A DNA stretch of 64,000 nt from Somniosus microcephalus (Eukaryota). Of the stretch, positions 37,688 through 48,440 are shown piece after piece. The stretch spans positions 73,036,001-73,100,000 of the forward strand of contig CM126204.1 in the NCBI GenBank assembly GCA_052327205.1. The letters are read 5' to 3'. A program made the position numbers and the translations under genes. Below the pieces are notes generated by a model. It had not been told where the DNA came from. It did not search any database and was given only the letters and a program-made list of their open reading frames with translations. Numbering within the stretch: position 1 is the stretch's first letter; each line of letters opens with the position of its first letter.

Positions 37688-40190
37688 ACACGGGTGCACT
37701 AGCAGGAATTCCCCTTGGAGTACAGCATGACTTGGAGAATGAACAGAGGACACGCAGAGCAGGACATGCTGCTGGAAGAGTGAGGGGGAGAAGTGTTCTC
37801 AGCAGGAGGCCATATCAGCCCAGGGTGTTCAGGGAGCAATTCTCCTGCCTGAACCTCAGCGAGAAACAATGTGTGAGATGTCTGCACTTCAGTAAGGACG
37901 TCCTCACTGAAATCTGCCACCTGCTGCAGCCACAACTGCAACCTCAGATCAGGGCAAGGACCACATAGCCGGTGGTTATGAAGGTGACTGTGGTGATGAA
38001 TTTTTTCTGCGTCTGGCTCCTTCCAGGCTGGGCCGGGAGATATTTGCAATTTGCTGCCCACTGTTGCATAAGGGAGGTCACTGATGCTCTCTATTCAACG
38101 GTTCCCGCAGATTGGAAGGTGCAAAATGCAACCCCACTATTTAAGAAAGGAGGGGGAGAGAAAACAGGGAACTACAGACCAGTTAGCCTGACTTCAGTAG
38201 TAGGGAAAATGCTAGAATCTATTATTAAGGACGTGGTAACAGGGCGCTTGGAAAATAATGATGGATTGGGCAGAGTCAACACGGATTTATGGAAAGGGAA
38301 ATCGTGTTTGACGAATCTGTTTTTTGAGGATGTAACTAGCAGAATAGATAAGGGGGAACCAGTGGATGTGGTGTATTTGGATTTTCAGAAGGCATTCGAT
38401 AAAGTGCCACACAAGAGGTTATTAAACAAAATTAGGGCTCATGGGATTCGGGTTAACATGGATTGAGGATTGGTTAATGGACAGAAAACAGAGAGTAGGA
38501 ATAAACGGGACTTTTTCGGGTTGACTAGTGGGGTACCGCAAGGATCAGTGCTTGGGCCTCAGCTATTCACAATCTATATTAATGATTTGGATGAGGGGAC
38601 CAAATGTAATATATCCAAGTTTGCTGATGATACAGAGCTGGGTGGAATTGTAAGTTGTGAGGAGGATGCAAAGAGGCTTCAAGGGGATATAGACAGTCTA
38701 AGTGAGTGGACAAGAACATGGCAAATGGAATATAATGTGGAGAAATGTGAAGTTATCCACTTTGGTAGGAAAAATAGAAAAGCAGAGTATTTTTTAACTG
38801 GTGAGAGTTTGGGAAATGTTGGTGTTCAGAGGGACCTGGGTGTCCTTGTATACGAATCACTGAAAGTTAACATGCAGGTACAGCAAGCAATTAAGAAAGC
38901 AAATGTATGTTGGCCTTTATTACAAGAGGATTTGAGTATAACAGTAAAGATGTCTTCCTGCAATTATATAGGGCCCTGGTGAGACCGCACCTGGAGTATT
39001 ATGTACAGTTTTGGTCTCCTTACCTAAGGAAGAATATACTTGCCATAGAGGGCATGCAATAAAGGTTCACCAGACTGATTCCTGGGATGGGGGGTTGTCC
39101 TATATTCTCTGGAGTTCAGAAGAATGAGAGGTGATCTCATTGAATTCTTACAGGGCTTGACAGGGTAGATGCAGGGAGGATGTTTCCCCTGGCTGGGGTG
39201 TCTAGAACCAGGGGTCACAGTCTCAGATTAAGGGGTCAGCCATTTAGGACTGAGATGAGGAGAAATTTCTTCACTCAGAGCTTGGTGAATCTTTGGAATT
39301 CTCTACCCCAGAGGGCTGTGGAGGCTCAGTCGTTGAGTATATTCAAGACAGAGATCGATAGATTTTTGGATATTAAGGGAATCAAAGGAATTAAGGGATA
39401 GTGCAGGAAAGTGGAGTTGAGGTAGAAGATCAGCCATGATCTTATTGCATGGTGGAGCAGGCTCGAGGGACTGAATGGCCTACTCCCGTTCCTATTTCTT
39501 ATGTTCTTATGTTCTTACATTTCATTCTCTCTTGCCAGAGACCAGCAGGTGGAGCGAGCACAAGGCTTCACTAGGATTGCAGGCTTCCCCTTGATGCCAT
39601 TGACTTTGCTGGCGCTGCATGTCACCTCTGCCATATACTGGAATCAAAAGGGATTCCACTTCCTCAATGCCCAGCTGGTGTGCGACCATAGGCAGCAAAT
39701 CATGCAGGTCAATGCCTGGTATCCTGGCAGCAGTCATGATGGCTTCATTCTGCGGCAGTCCACTGTGCCTGCTGCATTTGAGCCACCACGACAAACCAGA
39801 GGGTGGCTATTGGGTGACAAAGGCTATCCGCTGACGACATGGCTGGTGACTCTGGTGCGCAACCCACACACACACGTGCGCAGCATGCATACAATGAAAG
39901 CCACGCTGCCACACGAAATGTGATAAAGCAGACCATTGGCATGCTGAAACAATGCTTCCCCTGCCTGGATTGCTTTGGAGGAGCCCTGCAGCACTCGGCA
40001 GAGTGGGTGTCAAGATTTGTTATGGTCTGATGCATGCTGCACAACCTCGCAATCATGGTGGCACAGCCCTTGCCAACACCTATATGGCTGCAGCTGAGGA
40101 GGAGGAAGAGGAAGGAACGAGGCAACCTAGATAGCACCTTTCTGCCCGGGCTGTCCATGAAGAACTCATCTGAGTGCGATACCAGTAACC
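37688..40190 (+). pseudogene. Harbinger (HARBI1-like DDE) transposase pseudogene, split by a LINE
   Basis: Motifs RRPYQPRVFREQFSCLNLSEKQCVRCLHF, CIREVTDALY, NQKGFHFLNAQLVCD, YPGSSHDGFILRQS, LLGDKGYP, YNESHAATRNVIKQTIGMLK (catalytic E to K) and MLHNLAI, with stops and frameshifts. Confidence 0.9.
38098..39517 (+). mobile_element. 5'-truncated CR1-clade LINE inserted in the Harbinger transposase
   Basis: Motifs NYRPVSLTS, YLDFQKAFDK, SGVPQGSVLGP and FADD, with a (TTCTTATG)n tail. Same subfamily as 3363-4143. Confidence 0.95.
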
Positions 40191-40334
40191 GAATCCCCAA
40201 TTCCCCATTCACCAACAGTCCCACACCTTACCTTCCCTCTGTCACTGACCATCACAGCGTCTGCTTGGCCACAAAACAAACATTCCAAACAAAATTCATA
40301 AATGAAATCATGCCATACAGCATACAAACATAAA

Positions 40335-42253
40335 CTAATCACCCTTATGCATTCCGTTAGTGCCTGCCTTCCACGTGCCTTTGCCTGTCCTAGTGCTCCT
40401 ACACAGTGCTACCCCAGTGGCTGCAGCATGGCTGGTGGAAGACTGCTGATTTTCAGTGGGGGAGACTGCAGATGGCCTTGGAGGACGACCTCGAGCAGCT
40501 CTGGGCCTAGAAGACCCGGCTTCAGACTGCACCATCTCGGCATGGGCGGTGGCAATCTGGTCTAGCTGGCTGACGGGCAACAGGAAGGGCACTGGCAGAG
40601 TGGCAGTGGTAGGAAGACGAAGGCTGTCATCCTGATAGAGGACAGCAGATTCGTGCTCCATGGAACCACTGCCACTCCCCCGGGGCGGCGCCTCAGCAAT
40701 CTTAGTACTCTGTCGGAGGACAGATTGCTGGACTGCTCTGACACCCTGCAAACCCCTTTGAAGACTCTAATCCACAGACATGATGACAGCAGTTTGAGCT
40801 TGTGTGGCAGCAAGCTGACCTTACATGACAGCAGTCTGAGCTTCCACTGCAGCACTCAGACGTGGGTGGCTGCTGCTTGTGCAGCAATGGAAGCTGAGGC
40901 ATCGGCCATCAGATGCTGCATCGTGTTTGGGTCCACAAGTGTGCTAATGGGGTTGGCCACCACTTCCAAGCTGGAAAGGATGGGCTCCAAGCTCTGTGCA
41001 AAGCCCTGTGCCAAGTTGGTGCCGGACTCCTCCATGCTCCTTGACATTGCACGCTGGCTTTCTGGCAGGCTTCCCAATGCACCAAGCATTTTATTGTGCA
41101 TGCCCATCAGCCTTCTTCTGTAGCCTGCCCTATCAAATTTTTCATCTGAGCCTGCTGCAGCAGAACTCGTGTGCGACCACACCCTCCGGCGAGCTGGCAC
41201 CTGCGCTACCCTTGTCCCCTGCCCTGGGTGCAGCACACTCGTGCCCAGTGTCTCACCACGTACAGATCCCGTCTCTAATCTATCCTCTAAATTACACACA
41301 GTGTCAGTATCTGAGCTGGTGGCTGTGAGTGTGAAATTGAGTGACACTGTGCCTTCATCATCACTGTCTTCTTGCTGTTCCACCACTGCCCGGGCAGGTT
41401 GCAGTTCTTGGGTATCTGAAAGGAGAAAGGCACATTAGTAAGGTTGTAGTGAGGGGAAGGGGGAAGTAAGCGGTGCATGCTTACACCAGCTGCAGCTTGT
41501 AAATCAGAATAGATTGTGGAATGAGGGGGAAGTGCGATGTGAGAAGGAGGATTGGGTATGAGGATACAGTCATCTTTGATGGTTTGAGCCCCGCCCCTGG
41601 CCACAGACTCAGCAATGGCCACTCCAATAATGGCCAGTACTGTCTCCTCCATGGGAGTTAGGACATGCAGGTGCACCTGTCCCCCCGCCAGTTAGCTCCT
41701 GCTGCCTCCGGTTGTGTGCCACCTTGTCCTGCAAGAGAGAGGGAATTGTGTCAGTGCGTGCCATTCAATCTGTTTCGGTGAAGTGGCTGTCATGGTTCAA
41801 TAGCTAGTAGTGTGTGCAAGCTGTGAGTTGTGGATGTGAGGCTTGCGGCAGTGCTAAATGTGTCAGCGTGAGGTGAAGCTATGAATGTGAGGTATGAGTT
41901 CTGATTGATAGAGACTGGTGGTAGGTGTGTGATGGGGGTGTGGTGCATTGTGCAGTGGCTAAGGCTAGTGCTGTGGTTGGTGTGATATGGCACTTGAAGA
42001 TGCATTCACTGACCTTGACCATCCGTGTGAGGTATTTGAACTTCTTCAGGCACTGCATTCAGGTCCTCAGGGCTTGACTCCTGGCATTGACCTCCACAGC
42101 TATCTGCTCCCAATTCCTTCTCAGCATGTGTCTGGAGGGCCTCCTGGCCCCCTGCAGATACAGGACACCTCTCTTCCTTTCCACCTCCTCCAGCAAGGCC
42201 GCCAGTGTAGCGTCCGAAAACCTTGGAGCCCACTCTCTCCCATGTTGTGCCAT
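40335..42253 (-). pseudogene. Harbinger Myb/SANT-like (MSANTD/NAIF1-type) gene, three exons: 42253-42014, 41728-41568, 41415-~40335
   Basis: Translates to APRFSDATLAALLEEVERKRGVLY...WEQIAVEVNARS...QCLKKFKYL with GT/AG splice sites at the stated boundaries. Contains an in-frame stop and frameshifts. Confidence 0.82.
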
Positions 42254-45200
42254 TCTTCACTGTTTTACACATCAGATTCACTTCCTGAACAACTTCAGCA
42301 CCTGCTTCAGCCACAATGCCCCCCCCCCCTTTAAGTGGTGCAGGCTAGCTTTAACTGGTAACGATTTTGGGCCTCCTGCTGAAACGTGCAGCCAATCAAC
42401 AGCGTGGTTTGCGTTGGCTGCCTGCTGAAATCTTTGAAATGAGCAGGCAGCACGAAGTTGGCCTGCATTTCATTGAACAGGCACAGGTTAATAGTGCATC
42501 ATGATCCCCTCACCCATTTTCAGGGGCTATCGAATTTAGGCCCCACCCCGCCCCCATGTCCTACCATTCCTTGTGTTAATGTTGCACTTTAGGTTGCTGG
42601 ACTACCTGGGCTTGGCAAAATAAGCCATAAATATTTCTTTTGGGGAAAAATTATGTTTGGACTGAAACATGTTAGTGATGGCAGTAAAAGTACAGAGTTA
42701 CACTGAGCAATTCACAACAAGCATGTTCTAACGGATATAACTGGGAACTCCAAGTGAGGTACAAGGATGTCAGCATAATCTCCATCCTTCAAAGCTCTTC
42801 TCTCCTCCCTGCCAATGGTAAAATTAAAATAAAGAATGAACTATATGTAGCAAGAACATAAGCCAAGTGATATGCAGCCTGCCTGCATTTGGCTTACCAA
42901 AACTCTTTAACCACCGACCATCATGAACATTAGTGTGTTTCATGCCTGTCCCACTGAACTAGCGTATGGACCTAACCGACAAGGAGCTGGCCTACTGATA
43001 AACAGACAAGCAGGACTATTATTCCAAATAATAAATCATATAGTGCACCTTAGAGCTAATTTAATTGTGATAACAACTGTTTACTTTAGGAAAGAAACAT
43101 TTGTTTTCTTGTTCTAAGTATAAATGCCTTTTAAAGAGTTACTGGCAGATATTTTTTGCCCTTCACACACTCAGATGCTTAGACTTATTCAGCTGACTGA
43201 AGTGCATCACTTCACCTATCCAAAAGTGCTAGACAAGCGCCGCTGGCATTAGCATCGCTGCCGAGGCCCGCAGCAGAACTGGGGAGACTTTGGAGTTTCC
43301 ACACACGTAAATGTCAATACAGTGCCTTCTCCATCATCAGCACTAAATTCACTTTGATGCCTCTTTTCTTCTCTTTATTGATCCCTTCATGAGAACGTAG
43401 ATTTGTATCTGTTAATTAATGCATCCTGAAACAGCGTTTGTATTAATCAGTCAGATAAGAAAAATTGGATGCCTGCGCCCACATGACAACCGTAAAAGTG
43501 CTGCCCTGATAAAATCATTGATAGGCCTCAATAAAAAAAGTTCCTCCTTCCACTCAATAAACTAATCATCCTGCTTTTAATTATTAGACTGAAGATGTGT
43601 GTAGATTGGGAATGTGTAAATCTAATTATTTACCAACAGCAGTGGCTGGGTAGGGTAAAAAAAAGCCTCATCACAGGAAGGTGCTGCAGGCCACACATAC
43701 AGACCATCTGGTAATTCTGGAGGGGGGAGGGGTGGTACTATATGGGAATATAACGAAAGAATGAGTCTTTTTCCGTTTCCCGGTAAATCAGATGTGAAAT
43801 AGTGTTCCTGTTAGTGGGTTGTATCATTATTATAAAACATTCCTGAGGAATATTTTTCAGCATTTGAAAAGAGAGGGTCATCAGCATTATCTAACAAAGA
43901 GACCATTTGGTAGCATGACGGCAAACTGCCGGTCCCTTGTGTTATTTCTGAAGAGTTTAAATGGTGCAGACTTCAGATAAAAGTTGTTATATCAAAACTA
44001 GACAATCTGAACTTTTCAGAAATAGTATTGTTGAAAAAGAGTAAGGTGAACAGGTATATGTTCAATAATTCTGTTGCTATTGGTGATGACTTAGGCTGTT
44101 GAAAGCTGTTGCCATAATTTGTTACCTGCCCTCCCTTTACCCACTCCCTTCAAATATGTGTGAACACACACATACTCACTTTGAAAGCATGGTTAATCCC
44201 CTTTGATGATTTTATTAAGTGCTTTTGGTCGGCTCTGCCAACTGGCATTCCATTGCATGTCACTGGCAGGCCAGAAAAACCACCTCAAAAGCTGTAAACT
44301 GTTCTTTTCCTGTTAACAAGATTGTAGATCTTAACAGTGAGGAGATAATAAATTAGTACTGTATAGTTGGTATAAACAATAGCCTGAAAGACATATAATG
44401 AGCTGTTTGCCATTAGTGGTCTAGTTAGACAGGGATGAAGCAAACTGATTCATGTAGCGGAGCCTTCAGTGTGACAGCCTTGCCTGAACAGATGTTTTAA
44501 AATTCCCCCTCCCCTGATAAAATAGTGACGGATTTGCTATTCTGTTACTACAGCTGTGTTACTTCTGTCTCACCAATAGTAAAAGCAGTGTCACTCTCAT
44601 ATATAATGCCATGGAACAGAAAGAAAATTCAGTGTAAGACAAATTTGTAGGAAGGAATAAAATATAAATTATGATTTCAATCACATATAACCCCATTTAC
44701 TCTGAACATTGAACAACTATGTTTAAATGTTAACTTTAGATTCTATACCCACCCAAATTCTTGAATTGCATCAGAATTTCTGCCCATTTCCAGGCGAATA
44801 ATATAGGGTGGACAGTGATATCACCACATTCATTTATGCCATTTGCTTACCCTGAATGATGTTCAGGAGCCATAGCTTCCAGTCTGCAACAGGGTGAATG
44901 GGAAGAACTTCAGCCAAAAGGAACACTTCTACTTCACCACTGTAGGAGGGGCCAGTGCAACAGTGATCTCTGGTAGAATAAATGTAGTCCTGACCGCCGT
45001 GTTTTCATCATCAAGCAATTAATCAGAGCAGTATAGTTGAGCAATATATATAAAGATTTCATGATATTGATGTGATATTAAATATGTGATAACACTGACA
45101 GAACAAAAATAAATTTGAAATGTTTGGCATGCTGCAAAATGAGAGTGTAGTAAAACCTATAAAGTTTCCTTATAGCCGAACCATATTTTACAGCATTTAA

Positions 45201-45373
45201 TCAAAGAAATGGCAATCCCAGCTCATTTAACTTCCCTCTCCACACACACCCGAATTATTTTCTTTGATTAACTCAGGTTTTCTTGAAAGTAATTTGATGT
45301 TTCTTGTAATCTTAGCTATAAGTTTCCACAGTGGGTGTCATTGTAACACTGTTATGCCCTTTTTTTTTTCCAG

Positions 45374-45643
45374 GATTCTCCACATTATCTCTGGCTGATC
45401 AGATGAGTCTTCTCCAGAGTGCCTGGATGGAGATTCTGATCTTGGGGATTGTGTACAGGTCACTGTCTTTTGAGGATGAGCTGGTATATGCTGAAGACTA
45501 CATCATGGATGAAGACCAGTCAAAGCTAGCTGGGCTTCTTGATCTCAATAACGCCATACTGCAGCTGGTAAAGAAATACAAGAGCATGAAGCTGGAGAAA
45601 GAAGAGTTTGTCACCCTCAAAGCTATAGCGCTTGCTAATTCAG
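45374..45643 (+). CDS. ESRRG: ESRRG coding exon (270 bp): LBD core, (G)[29 protein letters not shown]...KAIALANS
   Basis: Poly-T tract with ccAG acceptor ending at 45373; GTTGGC donor at 45644. In frame, and carries the gamma-specific DLNNAIL motif. Confidence 0.97.
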
Positions 45644-48195
45644 GTTGGCAGATTTGCTTGACTGTTGGCACAGTTTCAATAAGTCATTATCTTTCCCGCC
45701 CCCCCTCCACAATCTTTTTTAACCCCTTCTGTGTTGGTGAGTTCTGCAATGGAGCAAATAGGAAAATGAAAGAATGCTTTATTTTGGTTTAAATATATAG
45801 TCTATTTTTTAATGAAAAGCCAAATATTTTGTCTCAAGTCCATTACTTACCTTTACTCCTGTTACAAAATAAGCTAGAGTATTAATTGTTGGACAAAGGC
45901 AATTGACAATGTGTGCAAGAAATTGATATTGTCAATTACAGTTTTATATAAAATAAATCATTTAAATTCATTAACTTAATTATGTTGCTAGTTTAGCAAA
46001 ATCAGACATACTGTACTGCTTCACTCTGGTTTAGGAATATGCTTTTGAAAGTAAAATCTGTTTTCGATGAGCTAAAGTTTTGCTTTCAGTGCATTGTCAT
46101 AAAGATCTGAAAAGCAGTTTTTTTTCGACTGAATTGCATATGCTCTGTACCAGCACAGAAGAGGTTAATTTTTCCAGCACGTACATTATCCACATTTGAA
46201 TTTAAAGTGCAGAAGCAACTGGGAATGAATCATGAATAAAATCGTTTGTGCTTTGTTGTTTTTTCCCTTCTCCCCAATGCTTTATCGCGGTCTTTAGGCA
46301 CTTTAGCATTTGCATAAAGTTCATGATAGATCACTCTTTAATAACATGCTGATCGTTAGCTACCTGTGTGTCAATAACAGCTCTGATGTTGTGTACCGTT
46401 GACAATCACGCCATGTCCCTCCATTTCCCCCTGCCTTCTTTTGTTTTGACCTAATCTTTGAACTTTATCTTGGTTGCCGGCCAGTAGTTTTCTCTTTAAT
46501 TACAAGAAGGAAACTGTCAATAAAATCTGTTAAATGGAATGCAATGAGTAGCTGAATGGGAGGACAGCCATTTGTTCAAATTCTACAGCATTCAAGGTAT
46601 TGACAGTTTGTTTTCTGAGGCCATATGTGCTGATCAATCTCAGGCTGGGCTCAGCCACGCTGAAAAATGAAAAACCAGATTGCTTTTGCTTATTTTCGGA
46701 TGACAGCTCTTGATTTGGTGGGTCCGAGATGAACCTTCTGCCAAATTGTACCCCAGAGAACCAAAGCGTGACTGTTTTGAAAATTATTTTTTAATTGATT
46801 TTGTAATTAACAGTTCATCTCATATATTGATGTGCAAATTCCCAGATTGATGGGAGGGAAATTGTTTCAACAAAAAGTTGCACTTTTTCTATTTGTCTCA
46901 GCAACTGTTGTTGGCACTTCACTGCTCTGATGAGGGAACAAGAGTAAGATGGGAGCAGTAGCCCATCAGCTGTCGTTGACATTTCTAAACTCAGCAATTT
47001 CAGACAACTAATCCACTATTTTTTTTCTTCTTTACTAGATTGCTTTGGAAACTTTCCCCCTTGCTTCCGATTTGATCTTTTTTCTGGATACGTTGTACAT
47101 TTGCACAGTTTCTATTTTGCATGCAAGACTAAAATGCTATTTATGTGTCATCAAATGGGACTTAAGCTGCTTCACAATAAGATCACACTGTAGCTGAGTG
47201 ATAGTGGATGAGACTTGTGTTCCTATGGATTTTAGCATTTCAGGAATTATAAAGCAAAAGTTATAAGACCTATCCTGGAGTGCTGCAAATACACATGACA
47301 CACAGTTACAACTTGAAAGAAAATATTGCAAGAAGATTAAGCATACCAATCTTCATATTTTTATAAACTACAGATCGTAGAAAATGCCGGTAGTTTTATT
47401 GACAGTAAAACTTTCAACTTCAGGTCTTTTTGCAGCATTTTCATTGGTGATTCATGGTGCTGTGAAATGTGTTCATTAAAATGAGCAGAAATGCATATAA
47501 AAATAAATGGGAAAAAAGCAGTCTCACTAAAATAAATAAAATATTTCACAAATTGGAAACCAATACAGAACTTAATTACCATTGCAGGAGAAATAAGAAA
47601 GCAAAGCATAATACAAACAGGAGTACCCTTGATATTCAGAGAAAAAGCCCGTTCTCCGCCACTTCAGTGAAAGCTTGTCTTTTTACCTCTTAAATTATTA
47701 TGTTAAATTTATTTTGACATTTTACTGTGAAATGGTCGTTGATTATAAATGACAGTGTTGCCCCAATTAACTGCTGTAGTTGTTGTCTATTTCGAGTTTT
47801 CCTGTAAGTTTCTCCATATCATTGATATAGGAGAGGGCAATTCACAGAATTAAATGACAATAAATACATTCCTAAATACCTTGCTTATTTTATGAAATTC
47901 CAAAATGGGCAGCTGTTAGATGGTTAAAATCCATATAACACAATCCAGATATTAGACGAATTTTTAAGTGAAACTGCTGTGTAGTGTTCCTTTATTTGAA
48001 TGTTTGGGAATGTTTTGTTTAAACTTGCCGTTGAGTGTGTTTCAGCTGATCAATATTTTAAGCATGATTGAAGCATTAAGTATGCTTAAAACAAAAGTTA
48101 AAGTTTTTAAAATGCCATTATACACGTGTACTTTTTTTGTTCTTTAATTACAGTGGTGTTAACAGAGCTTTTATGTTGGTCTTATTGTCTTGTAG

Positions 48196-48440
48196 ATTCA
48201 ATGCACATAGAAGATGTTGAGGCTGTTCAGAAGCTGCAAGATGTCTTGCATGAGGCCCTGCAGGACTATGAGGCTGGGCAGCATGGGGAAGACCCACGCC
48301 GTGCTGGTAAGCTACTGATGACTCTCCCTCTTCTTCGGCAGACCTCTACCAAAGCTGTGCAGCATTTCTACAACATCAAACTGGAAGGCAAAGTTCCCAT
48401 GCACAAACTATTCTTGGAAATGCTGGAGGCCAAGGTCTGA
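48196..48440 (+). CDS. ESRRG: ESRRG last coding exon: (D)[15 protein letters not shown]...[12 protein letters not shown]-stop, including AF-2 helix 12
   Basis: ttgtAG acceptor ends at 48195; TGA stop at 48438-48440; ERR-type AF-2 sequence [10 protein letters not shown]. Confidence 0.97.

Larger units (their letters stand above)
37171..42544. mobile_element. Near-full-length decayed PIF/Harbinger DNA transposon (transposase on +, Myb/SANT gene on -)
   Basis: Degenerate termini GGGCACAAAATTTG / CGAATTTAGGCCCC, candidate ACC TSD, and two convergent ORF remnants. Confidence 0.88.

Noticed and set aside
37972-38466. Novel transposase-RT fusion protein
   Set aside because: Chance in-frame junction of a truncated LINE in a dead transposase; both parts have stops and frameshifts.
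12177-48440. Assignment to ESRRB or ESRRA
   Set aside because: [37 protein letters not shown] and [11 protein letters not shown] are gamma-type.
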